This document shows, piece by piece, positions 16,340-28,500 of a stretch of DNA of 64,000 bases. The notes under the pieces are model-generated. The model saw only the letters and a list, made by a program, of their open reading frames with translations, was not told where the DNA came from and searched no databases. This stretch comes from the human T2T-CHM13v2.0 reference genome, Homo sapiens. A program made the translations under genes and the position numbers. The stretch is taken from NCBI RefSeq assembly GCF_009914755.1, contig NC_060926.1; one strand, written 5' to 3'. Position 1 is the first letter of the stretch. Each line of letters opens with the position of its first letter.

Positions 16340-16575
16340 ACCATGGAAGTCACGGGTATTGGGTGCCTGCATGTGCTAGAAGCCACCCTGCTCACCATCA
16401 CACAGATTCATCTAATCTGTCAATAACACGATCTGATGAATATTACTAGTTCGTTTTACAGACGACAACACCGAGACTTGGGAGTTGACTTGATGTTACT
16501 GAGAAAAGGTCACATCCTTAGTAAGTGGCAGCAGCACGGGACTCACATCAATATGGGTGACCCCCGGACTCAAGT
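16340..16575 (-). mobile_element. MIR fragment
   Basis: GTTTTACAGACGACAACACCGAGAC...AAGGTCACATCCTTAGTAAGTGGCAG. Confidence 0.65.
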
Positions 16576-17409
16576 TCCTTCCACTGGTCAAGCCACATTC
16601 CCTGTAAGGTGCTGCTTCTAGAACAAGGGGGCAGAAGCTGGGGGCATCTCAGCCTTGCCCTCACACTGATTCCTACTGGGCTGCCTGAGGCCAGGCCAGT
16701 CAGACGCTGGGGAATCAAGGGGCTCTGTGCTTGCAGGGCCACAGGAGGGCCCGGCCCCAAGTATCCCAGTCCCCATACCCACCCTCGCCCCTGCTGGTAA
16801 GTTCGTTAAGACAGAGAGGCCTGAGGAAGGCATGTGGTGCTGGCAGCCAAACAAAGGGGTCTGCGATCAGCCAGACACTTCCTCACTGGCATAAAGACCT
16901 ACTTCCCCCCCAGACACAGCCCCCGGCCACTAGGACCCCAAAGAATGCCTGGAATGCCGTGGGGCCAGACAGTCTCCAGGCTCCTGCAGACAGAGGAGAG
17001 GCTGCCTTTGTGCCCAGAGGACTGACCGCAGGCTAGAAAGGTCACTCTCTGACCTGTGACCTTGCCCTTTCACCCCAGTCCCTGGGAGTAGCTGAGCTTC
17101 CCTCCTTAGGACCCACAGTGTCCCTTCCGTGCCAGTGGAACCTGACCCCAAGTTTGCAGCAGCTTCAAGAAAGAGGAGATGAGTTCCAATGATGCAGATG
17201 TGGCTCCCACAGCTGGCCCCCAGCACCGAGGGGGAACTCAACGTCCCCAGGGGCTCTCTGGAGGTCATTTGAACAGTCAGTCCCCTAGGAGGGCAGCTCC
17301 AGCCCCCTCCTCACCTGCTCCTCTAGGGCTGGTCTCGCTCAGTGCCTCAGGACCACCCCCACCACCCCTGACCTGCTGACTGCCCAGACTGTCCTAGAAG
17401 CTAAGGGCC

Positions 17410-17900
17410 TAGAACAAAAGAGAAATGAATCCCTATACTCAGGGCCATTCTAGCTGGAGACAGACACAAACCCAAGTCAGTTCTAGCAGGAGAAAGAGCC
17501 TCACAGGAGGAGAAAGGTGGTGCTGGGGGGTGCGGGGTAGGGGGCTGCAGTCTCACACGTGGTCAGGAATGACTTAGAGGAGGGCGGGAAGGAGTCCCGT
17601 GGCTACCTGGGGAAGAACATTCTAGGAAAAAGGAGCAGCAAGTGCAGAAACCCCAGTCTGTTCAGGGAACAGCAAGAAGAGCAGGGTCAGCACGTGGTGG
17701 GGGTTCCTAGGAGCTGGAGCCGGGCGGGTAATGGAGGAAGGGGCCAAGCCTGGGCCGCCGTCAGGCTTCAGTGTTCACTCGGGGTGAGATGGAAGCCCTG
17801 CCAGGTTTTAAGCAGAGCAGCAACAGGATCAGACTTGTGGCTTGTAACTGGGCCCTTTGTCTGGGGACTAGACAGGAGGTGAGGGAGGAGGTGACAGGAA
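17410..17900 (-). mobile_element. L2 fragment
   Basis: GGGAAGAACATTCTAGGAAAAAGGAGCAGCAAGTGCAGA and GGTTTTAAGCAGAGCAG...GATCAGACTTG are typical antisense L2 phrases. Confidence 0.6.
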
Positions 17901-18254
17901 CCAAATCAGGAGGCTCCCAGGCCTGCCATGGCCCAGCCATGCTGACACATCTGCCTGTCTGTGGCAGTAGCTCCTGGAAGGAGCTCAGGGCCCAGGGCTG
18001 GGCAGCTGCCCAGGCCACATCCCATTCCACACTCACCGTGATAGGCCAGGCCCTGTGTTGGGGACAGGATGGAGAACCATAAGACATAGTGCTTATCTCG
18101 AAGAGTTCCCACCTGATGAGGGACAGGCAGATCTTGGCAGCCTCTCCCAGCTCTGAGCCCCAGAGCTCAGTTGGGACCTCCCAAGGGACTCATCAGCATC
18201 CTCTCTACTGCTGGCAAGGAGATTGCCCTCGAGGCCGTCTTGGTCACTCCAAAG

Positions 18255-19100
18255 CTTAGCCCACAGCCTGGTCTGTGGCTTGAGGTCCCAGTGGGCTGGA
18301 GACTCTCTGGGGTAAGCAGAGTACTGGTCGACTTCGGGCACCAATGAGCCCGGCAGCTAGGAATGACATGATCAGCAGGACTGACAGTGGCCCTACAGCT
18401 CAGCCGCAGCCCAGCCCAGCCTGCCTGGGCCTTGTTCCCGGGTAGCCAAAAGAATGGAGGCAGGAGAGAGAGAGAGAAAGGGAGGCCCATGTCCCACCAC
18501 CCCCAAAAGGCAGAGAAACATGTTTAGCCTGTCTGTGACTCACTCTTCCTTACAAGAAAACTTTTTGTTTTTTCCTTCAAAATCGCAGACTTCCACCTTC
18601 AGACAATAACGTGTCCTCAGGAAGTTACGTATTTTGTTTTTCTGTGCAAGCTGCTGGTGCTTTTGTTGTTTTAGAAACGTCTGCTGTAATTGGGCCTGTG
18701 GACAGACTGTGGCTGCCTCTCAGAACAGGCTGACTCCTACATAGGGTGGCCAAATTTGACAAAGAAATATATCAGACACCCAACTAAATTTGAGTTTTAG
18801 ATGAACAACAAATTCTTATTTTAGTCTAAGTATTTCCCAGGCAATATTTGAAACATACTCAGGCTAAAAAAATTCATTGATCTGAAATTCAAATGTAACC
18901 AGTATTTTACTTGGCAACCCTTCCCCTAAGTCCACCAACAAACCCACAGCCATGCCTCTCTCGGTCACCAGCCCCACTGGTTCCCAGTGTCCTCCTGATC
19001 CTCCGACTCCATTGATCCCAGTGAGTCTCCCAACCATTGGCCTGTGCCCTTGGAGTTGGGCACAGGGGACCTCAAGTCACAGGCCAGGCTGTGGGCTAAG
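18255..19100. repeat. Inverted repeat pair A (18255-18289) / A' (19066-19100), unique sequence
   Basis: 33/35 identity between A and the reverse complement of A'; weaker similarity extends to 18236-18322 vs 19006-19119. Confidence 0.93.
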
Positions 19101-19806
19101 TTCTAGAGTATCCAGGAAGCCCAAGCCTCACACATTCCCTGAACCTTGCCCTGCTTCCCATTTGCCCCTCCGCCTCTCTCTACTTTCCAGAAAAGGCAGG
19201 CAGGTGCTGCTCCCCAGCCCCCAACAGTCTCCCTCCCTGGGATCAGGACCCTCTGCCTGGTCATTCATAGGAGTCCCTCTGGGCTGCCCCCAGCCTTGCC
19301 CAGGGCTTTTCTGGCCTCAGCCTGAGAGAAGCAAACTGAACATTGATCCTTTATGCAACGGGCTGCACCTGGCTCCCACCTGAATCAGTCTACTCCCCTA
19401 ACCCCGGCCACAAGCAATTCCAGGGCTTTTGACACCCCAGAGACTACTCCTCTCATCCTCAGCACCCTCTTCTCATGGAAATGTTTGAAAAGAGAGTTTT
19501 TTTCCCCCTTCTTTTAGGCTGGGACACCAGAATATGGAGTCCCGCTTCTGTTTTAAAGCACTATCTCCTGACTCCTGGGGTAAACATTTTTCCAACTTTA
19601 TAGAATGCTAGAGCAGGGAAAACACCTTCCTTCCATTCTCTGGCCTTCAAATGATCGCCGTCAGGTTGCTGAACTTGAGCTCTTGGGCTCATGCATCTCA
19701 TAAATGCTCCCTGGGCACCTGCTTGCTGCGGCTGAGCCCTAGGGCCACTGTCAGTCCTGCTGATCATGTCTTTCCTAGCTGCCGGGCTCATTGGTACTCG
19801 ATGTCG
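18329..19806. repeat. Inverted repeat pair B (18329-18410) / B' (19725-19806), unique sequence
   Basis: 76/82 ungapped identity between B and the reverse complement of B', aligned by hand. Confidence 0.95.
18742..18921. mobile_element. MER53 palindromic hAT MITE
   Basis: Terminal inverted repeats TAGGGTGGCCA...TGGCAACCCT; internal AAATTTGAGTTTTAGAT...ATCTGAAATTCAAAT symmetry. Confidence 0.85.
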
Positions 19807-21779
19807 CCTGGCAGCTGAACTTGGTCATGGGTATAAAGACAAAAGAGAGCCTCCATTGCAGCCCCAAGGGCTCAGGATGGTGGGAGAGAGATGGGTAAAT
19901 GTCTAATTGCCTTATGATAATTCTAGGATGGCCATGGAGGACATCTTGGGGCTACCCAGGCTGACAGAGCAAGAGGTGGTTCCCAAGAACTGCCCAAGTG
20001 AGTTCCCAGGTGTTAGTAAGATTCTGCTAGGGGAGGAGGAGAAGAAACGGTGTCTCAGAAAGGGGAACAAGCCAGCAAGGCCTGGAGGCTTGGAGCAAGT
20101 GGCTCTCTGAGCTGGAGGAGTTTGGAGGTGTGACTTCCAGGAGGGCAGCAGGGTCTGTTGCATAAAGGGTCACTGTTTGGCTTGCTTCTCTCGGGCTGAG
20201 GCCAGAAAGCCCTGGGCAGGGTCATGGAAGGCCTCAGATGCCGGCTGGGAGCTTGGATTTTATCCTAAAGGCACTAGGGAGCCAGGAGAGGGCTGGGAAG
20301 GATTGCAGAACTCAGGGAGAGAGAAGAGGAAGACCTATGACAGGGCAGTGAGGACACTGGGGAGGGTCCGGCTTCTGGGACAGGGTCCCCATCTTCTTCC
20401 GCTGCTCTGAGACATAGACCAGGCCTTGAGGCTTAGTGTTTGCTAGACTTTGCGGTTAAAGGAAAAAACAAAACTGAAGGCCCAAGTCTGAAGATGGCTG
20501 TTCCTTGACGGTACCCCAGCACCCCCTTCCTTAGGCTGCACTCCATTCTGTCAGGCCTTTCCCCCAGCCTTGCTCCCTCTGCGTTTTTCCACCCTGGCCT
20601 AGGCTGGGGAGCAAGCTCTAGGCTGGGGACCCAGCCCTAGCAGAGGCCCCTCCCTCACAGCACAGCCTGAGCCCCGGGGCCACCCCATGCACCTCCAGAC
20701 TCTTGGAGCCAGAGGCCTGCGAGGCAGCCCGGGCCTGTTCCCTCTCTTCCTGCCGAACACTCCCCACATTGTTCGACTTTGTGTCCTTTTTCCTGTGCCT
20801 CGGCATTTCCAACTTTATTGCCCTGGTTCCCTCCAAAGGTCATTGGCCAAACAGACTGGCGCCATCGGTTGGAAAAACAGCGTGCCTCGGATGCCTGGTA
20901 TTGGTCCTCCTGAGAAGAAGGGACAGCAGCAGAGAGAGATCTTCCCACTGCTCACTCCCTCCAGCCTCCTGGACCTGCTGGGGCCCACATCCTGGCCCAT
21001 GGGTACTTCTGTGCCCCTGCCTTGGGCTCATGCTCACCAGAGCTTCCCCCAGGAGTCTTTCCCTGGAGCCTGCTGAGTGCCCCAGGTCCACCTGCTCACA
21101 TCAGGTGCCACTTCACGAGCTCGAAGTAGAGCCTGGTATCTCCCCAGTGCCACTGCCAAAGGGCTGGGCCAGAATGCAGGCCACTCAGGTGACATGGTCC
21201 TGCCTGCTCTTCTCCAGCAGGCCGGAGCACCGAGGCCAGGAATGGAGATTCCCCCTTCTCTCAGATCCCCGCAGGCCTGCTCCCCTCTTGCCTCATCTTA
21301 TTTCCAAGGACTCCAGGCTCAGAGAGGTTGAGTCATATCTAAAGTCACAGAGCTAAGAGCAAGGGCTGGGACTGAGACTGAGGCTTTTGGTTTTACCCCC
21401 TGCACTCTTTCCTTTCTGATGGCTCAAGAGCTGGCTCGGTTCTGAAGTCTTTCCTTGAAGGGGCAGGGCGGCCCAGGGGAGAGGCTGGGAAGCAGGGCTC
21501 AGGCCTGGCTCTGCTGCCAACCCCTCATGTAGTTCTGCTCAGGCTCTTTCCAGGCTCTGCTGCCTCCTTCCAGCTCAGAACACCAAGATTTCTAGGTTGG
21601 GGCCATTTTTCCTCTGTTCCTATCAGAACACTTCCTCCGTCCCTGATGACACAGGCCATGGGGCTACAGAGACTTCTGACTCAGGTCTTCGTGTAGCCCC
21701 AGGACTCTGGAGTCCTGTCCCCGTACCCTACTCCACCCTATGCTGGTGATTTAGAACTTTAAGTTTGTTATACAGAGAG

Positions 21780-22010
21780 ACAGCATGATGTCGTGAAAAA
21801 CCAAGGACTTTGTCCTCCAACCAACCTGAGTTCTTATTTTGTTTTTTTTTCTCACTCAACTGTGAGATCTCGGTCAGGTTATGAAAGCTCTTTGAGCCTC
21901 AGTATCCTTATCTGTAAAATGGTTAGAATTATTATAAGGATTAAGTTACACAATGAAGAAAAGTACCTCGAACATGGAAGGTCTTCAATAAATGGCAGTG
22001 ATTATTGTAA
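21780..22010 (+). mobile_element. MIR
   Basis: TGAGCCTCAGTATCCTTATCTGTAAAATGG...AGGATTAAGTTAC...CAATAAATGGCAGTGATTATT. Confidence 0.75.
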
Positions 22011-22303
22011 TCTTCAGAGGCTCCTTCCTCCTGTCTCTTCAGGGTACTGGAGCCCGGGGATCAGCTCCCAGCCTGTCCTTCCCATCTGTTTGGGGGTCAC
22101 TGGGCCTGCTCAGGAATCTGTGGACAGGAACACAGGTGGCCCCTGCTCCAGGGCTGCAGCTGTGCTCCTTGCACTTCTAACTGCTCCCTGCCAAGCCCCA
22201 TGGGAGCAGAGGGGCCTGGGCAGCCTTCCTGTCTGCCAGCATAGCCCATCACTCTGTGGTCCCCAGGGCCACAGCCTACTGGTAGCCACCGCAACATAGA
22301 GAA

Positions 22304-22670
22304 TGTGGTAGGCAGAATACTACCAAAAGTACCCCCAAGATAACAGACTCTAATCCCTAGAATCTGTAAATGTCACTGTAGTGGGTTGAATGGTGTCCAC
22401 CCAAAAGATATGTCCAAGTTCTAACCCCTGGTACCTGGGAACAAGATCTTACCTGGAAACACAGTCTTTGCCGATATAATTAAGCTGAAGGTCTTGGGAT
22501 GAGACTTTTCTGGATTTAGGGTAGGTCTACATGCCCGGAGCCTCCAGAAGCTAGAGGGGCAAAGCATTCTCCCCGAGAGCCTTCAGAGGGAGCATGGGCC
22601 TGCTGACACCTTGGTTTTGAACTTCAGGCCTCTGGAACTGTGAGAGAATAAATTTCTGTGTTTAAACCAC
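22304..22670 (+). mobile_element. MLT1 (MaLR) LTR fragments, possibly one nested in another
   Basis: TGTGGTAGGCAGAATA start, second start TGTAGTGGGTTGAATGGTG, and CCTCTGGAACTGTGAGAGAATAAATTTCTG. Confidence 0.78.
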
Positions 22671-25290
22671 CCTCTCCTCTTTAACCATGGGGTCCTCTGT
22701 CTCCACCACAACCCGTGGTACTTTGAGTCTCTTTGTTACTTGTTCTTCCCAGGGAGACCCCCCAAGCCCCTGACTGCTTTTAATCCTGAGGCTCACATAA
22801 TTCAGCAGGTTTTGAGTTGTCATTTTGTAGACTGAAAACCTGAGATTCACAGGTTCCCAAAAAAGGCCTGGCTCGGGCTGGGCCAACAGCTCTAAAGGAG
22901 TCGCAGCCTCCCGGGCCTTTGCTTCCAGAGGCTCCACAAATCCACAGCTCTCAGCTGATATCTCATTAGGGAGCTATGGGCTTCCCCTTCCTGTTCAGCT
23001 ACTAGTTTAAGTTGTTTTCCTCCTTCTGGTCTGCAAGGAACAAAAACAAGTAATTTTCTCATAAAAATAACAATTAGCAAAGCCCGGAATCCAGACAGCC
23101 TCCGGTCAGGACCATTCATCGGTGCTGACCTCGAGGTAACTTCAGACTCCTTGTGAGACACAACACCGCCATCCCCACCAGGACAAGGAGGGCCAAGCGC
23201 TTTGCTGCCCTGCATGGTGGCCTGGTTGGTGACTGCAGCAGTGTTTTCAGGGACATAGAGAATGAACAGGAAGACCAATGTCAGAAACAAAAGCTTCTTG
23301 GACACTCAACATGGTTTTGAATGCCATAGAGAATGCAAAACTAGGTCCTTCCTGTGTGGGTTGCCCTCAAAAACCCAGGGAAGTGTCATGTTCACAGCAG
23401 GGAAAACAATTGCACTGATTAATTGTGCTTCTGTTGATGCTGCGGTTCTCCTGACTTCTGAGTGCATCACAGTGAGGCCATCTGCCAGATGGAAGCGCTG
23501 GAACAGACAGCTTCTTGGAGCAAACTGCAAGGCTCGTGAGACTCAAAACAAGCCTGTTAGATCCCATTTACTAAATGGCCATAATCAAAGAACAAGCTCT
23601 TAGTTATCTAGCAAGGCGCTCTGGAAATAGATGAGCATGCAAAATCACAATTTATGAGTTCAGCAATTTTTCTTTTTCTGCTGAAGATATTAGCCCATGA
23701 AAATCTTGTAGTGTTTGAGGAGATTCAGTCAATTGCTAACTTTCTGCAAGTGTCTTATCCATGGCTGCCTCCTTTTTCCCACCACTGCGAAGGGCCCTAG
23801 GCTTGGCAAGCAGGGTTGAGCTGGACTGGGAGAGGAAGACCTGGGGCATACCTCATTTCAGAGCCCTGGAGGGCCAGGGGATCACTGGGAAGGAATGAGT
23901 GCTGCATGGCCAGGAAAAATGAGTGACTGTATAGCAGAAAGCATGGTCAGCCTCGGTGGATGAGATGACAGTGACCTGGCCAGCCCCACTCAGTGGGCAC
24001 CTGGCTTCCCCCAGCAGCACCCGGGCAGGCAGTGCTGGGCAAGCCTGGCCTCCTGGACACCTCACAGGGGTCTGCTTCCTTATCTGCTGTGTCCACATTG
24101 GGAGCCAATCCTGTCCCTGGATCAGGGCAGCAGATCCACTGAACTGAGCTAGGAGAGAAGTCGGGACCCTGGGTTCAAGTACCAGCATGGTTATCTACTA
24201 ACCGTGGAACTGTGGGGAAATCAGGGGTCCTCTTGGAGCCTCAATCCCCTCCTCTGCATAACTGGGATGATAATGTTGGCCTTACTTGGTTTTTGCCAGG
24301 ATTAAATGAGAACACAGGAGTGGTTGTTATTACTGGCGTAAAAAGAACCATTTCCTAGCTCATTAATGCAGACAACGTAAACGTCTGGATGCCTAAGGAC
24401 AAAGCCCGGGACTTTTCTGCACTTGCTACTCACCCCCATATTGTTGTTGGGCATTTGTTTGGATTTCTCTGGAACTTTTGGAACAATGGGCTCTGGAGTT
24501 TTGTCCTGTGGTCATTCACACCCTCAAGGGAAGCATTTGCTGAGCTCTAGGCCTCGTTCCAAGGGTGAGGAGCCTGGTGGGACATTTACCTGAATCAGGG
24601 CCGCAGCCTGGACAGGCAGGGCTAGGGACAGGAAGGCCAGAGACACATAGTGTCAATCCCTGAGCCTGGAAGCCCTAGTCCAAAGCCTCCTGGGCTTATT
24701 TCAACCCATCAGCTGACTCTGACAATCAGAAAATACCAAAAAGGGCCCACCCCTTCCTCTCTAGCTCTGACACTCCAAGACCCTGTTTGGTCTCAACATG
24801 CAGCCCAGTTCCCTGGCTGCCCAGCCACACTCTGCCCACATATTTTAGACTCCCAAAGGGTAGTAAGTCTCTCTTGCAGCATCCCTGGAGGCCCCGCCAC
24901 ATGCCAGGTGAGGAGCCAGGCACTGGGGAGAAAGCCACAGTGTGCCTCCTGCCTCCTCCCCTCTCCAGGTTTGTGCCTCAAGGCCCGGCATTCCTTATCC
25001 ACGGGCCTGGCCCATGTGCCTGGGCTCTTCCACACGGGGGCCTGGCAGCAACGCCTCTGTCTCCTTGGTTCCACCCCCCCTCCTTCAGGCTACCCCAGCA
25101 AGGGAGGACAGGAGCAGCTGGGAAATTAATTTACAATGTGAGTGACTGTTAGGCCCTGATACTCACACATGAGGAGTTGCTTTTTAAAAGGTAGCTATTT
25201 ATAAAAATGAATGCTTGAGAAGTTCCTGACAGGCAATGGGGGAAGGGGACTGGGGAGGGGGACCTGAAAAACCTGTCCCACCCATTTCCA

Positions 25291-25589
25291 TCTTTGTTTT
25301 GTTTTGTTTTGTTTTTTGAGACAGGGTCTTGTTCTCTCCCAGGCTGGAGTGCAGTGGCACGACCGCAGCTCACTGCAACCTCAATCTCCCGATCCTCCTG
25401 TTTTAGCCTCCCAAGTAGCTGGGACTACAGGTATATGTCACCATGACTGGCTAATTTTCTTTTAGTTTTTGTAGAGATAGGATCTCACCGTGTTGTCCAG
25501 GCTGGTCCTGAACTCCTAGGCTCAAGTGATCCTCCTACCTCGGCCTCCAAAGTGTTCTGGGATTATAGGTGTGAGCCATTGCACCCGGC
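25291..25589 (-). mobile_element. Alu (AluJ-like)
   Basis: (TTTTG)n tail and reverse Alu body with a small deletion. Confidence 0.9.
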
Positions 25590-28500
25590 TATGTGAGGTT
25601 TCTTTCTGCTCAATCTTTGCCTAAGTTGTTTCCTTCATATGGACTCTATGTGTTCCTCCTCTTTTCCTGTCCTCAGAGAACCAGCTGGAACCTCACCTCC
25701 TCTGAGAAGCCTGCCCAGTACAGCTCCTCCTGCCACTGAGGGCTTAGCTCAGGCGTCCCGTTTTCCATGCTTTGCAGTCTTATCTCCTCTCTGGCCTGAG
25801 ACCTCCCTGAGGCTCTAGTCTAGAGCCTGAAAATATCAGAGGAGGGCTGGAATCTGCCACATTCTAGCTACACGACCTTCTCTCTAAAGTGGGAACAGGA
25901 TCGCCTCCCTCATTGTACTGTAAAGTGCCTGGCATATGGCAGGTGCCAACAAATACTGCTACCCCCAGAAGTTCTGAGAGAGACGGAGGCCTTGAATGGT
26001 ACCCTTAATGGGGCCCACAATCTAGGGACTTTTTATTCCACAACAGAAATGGAAGTTGACCTGTCACACTGAGTCTACACTATTTCTTGGGTCTTGCCTG
26101 CCTCCCGGAAGCTGAACTTATCACCAGAGGGACTATGCAGGCTGAAGTTTCTGTTTCTGTTTCGGTTACGTATAGAAGCAGTTGCTTTCTAAGAATTGAA
26201 GGACACCTAGTCATATCCTTTTGGTCAGTGGCAAACAAATGATGGGGAACAGAATTCCCACTTACAAATCTTTTCCCATTGGGATGTCTAGGATGGATGG
26301 TTCCTGGGAATGCCCTGGGCATTTACCTGGGAAGAGTATTTACAAGGAAATTTATGGGAGAATTTACAAGGGAATTGCCGTTTGAGTTGGGTTTTCAGAG
26401 TAAACAAGGGCTTGTCACTGGGCCTAGATGGAGATGTGGGGTGGCCCAGGGCAAGTGAAGGACTTGGGGTTCCAGGGAGATTAAGGACTGGGGGCATGAC
26501 ACACTGATATTCATGTACAATTGAGTTAATATTTCCGTATCGGGGAGGGCCTGGGAGCTGAGTGGGGAGAGGGTGGGAAAGGGGGACCCTCCTGATGGAC
26601 CCAGGAGGTTCAGTCCCAGCCCAAACCCAGCCCTTCAGAAAGACCCAAGGCTAGTAGGCCTGGACTCCTTAAAAAGCTTCCCAACCATTGGCTGGGGCAG
26701 AGCATGATTCTTGGGGTTGTTTTACCCCAAGGGCCTTGTCCAGGGCTTCCTTTGAAACAAGTGCAGCGATCTCCCAGAGAGAAGTTCTAGACCATGCAAT
26801 CTTCCTGTCTCCCTGCATTTCCTGTGACATGTTAGCAGCTTGGAGGTGTCCCCCCAGCTCCACCAGGGGCATAGGAAGAAAGAGCCTCCAGGCCCAAGGT
26901 GAGGGGCACCTCCCAGCACCGCCATCTGGGAGCGTAAGAGTGCCTGTCTGTGGCTGCAGCCTGGGAGGGAGAGAGGGTCCAGAGATGGAGGCAAGCAGAG
27001 GCCAGACCAACTCAGGCCGGGTGCATGAGCTGGAATTGCCAGGCCTCTGAACCTCAGGCTAGGTCGCATTCTTGGAGCAGCAGATTAAAGTATGAGGGGG
27101 TATTGTCTAAGCTACACTCCCCGGCACTGGGGCTGGATGGGGATTGGGCTTCCAGGGTTCTGTTACACTGATCAGATCAATGATTCATATGCTGATGTAT
27201 CAGAACCACCTGCAAACACATTTCCAGGCCTGCCTCAGGGCACTCGTTCCTCAAGCCTGTCCAGTGTGACTTCAACCCCCTTCACAGCTGAGTAGGTTGT
27301 GGCCGGGGGCCATGGATCTGCAAAGACTGAGTAACGTGCCTGATGTCTCATCATGATCCAGCCGGCTGGGGACCTCTGGCATGGAACACTCCAAGCTGCA
27401 TCATGTCCCCTCAGGCAACTTGCTGATCCCTGGCAAGGGGTGCAGGAAGCAGGCTCACGTGGCTGTGCCCTTGAATCAGGGCTCGGGAGAGTGGCACAGG
27501 GTGGGGGTGGGAACAGCCTCTCTTGACCAGTGCCTAGCGTCCTACCTGTGGCTCCTAAGTGGCTCCAGGGCTGCCCTCAGAGGCGGGATGGGATGCAGTC
27601 TTCATAGGAGGGGACTTGGTCTCCATGGTTTTCAGGGCAGAGCCCCACACCTATTACCTGGGCCCTGAGGCTCTACCCTAGCATGTCTCTCTGGGCTGTC
27701 CTCTGAAAAGTTGCTCACCATGGTAACCAACCAGAAGTAGAGCCCCAGCTGAGGGCAGTGATGACACCATCTTTGGCCCTTGGACAACCGGGGCAGTTCT
27801 TGCCCGGAGGCTCTCGCAGGCAGCCCCACACACCACCTATATCCCGAGGAAAGATGGGCATTCCCAAGGAACATGTTCAGGCCAGACCCTCTGGGAGGTG
27901 AATAAGAATAGATGCCCAGCCAAGAACCTCTTCAAAGCTCAAGAGGAATGAAGAGAAGAGAGAGGACCACCATTCACTGAGGGCTGGCCGTGGGTGAGGC
28001 ACTGGGCATAGGCAATCTCCTACATGCTCATGACAGCCCTGGGAGCAGTACTGCCACCTGCACTGGACAGGGGAGGAAACTGAGGCTCAGAATGGGAAAG
28101 TAATTTGCTCAAGGCCAGAGTCCCTGGGTGTGTAGCTGTGACTCTGGAGCCATGCTCTGTATCAACCAGTGGGGTGTACATGAAACATCAACAGTAACAG
28201 CAATGTCCAGGTTCAAAACATTAAAAATAGCCTCAGTACTACAAGGCTTTCTGTTTCTGAAACCTCTGTTGAAGGCAGCCAAGTGGAAAGTCAGGCGGTG
28301 TCCCCTCCCAAGCCTCACAGGCTGAGCCAGGTTTGGTGGCCACTGAAGCCCTTGACTTCCTTCCGGTCTCAGGTCAGTCCTCCCTGGGGCACTCCTAATA
28401 TGCTCATCTGGAGGCTTCTGTTAAGTCCAGGAAACTCTACAGGACACAGCTGAGGCTGGGCGGCCACCAGACACGTGCTGTGTCCAGAGAGAACAAAGCG

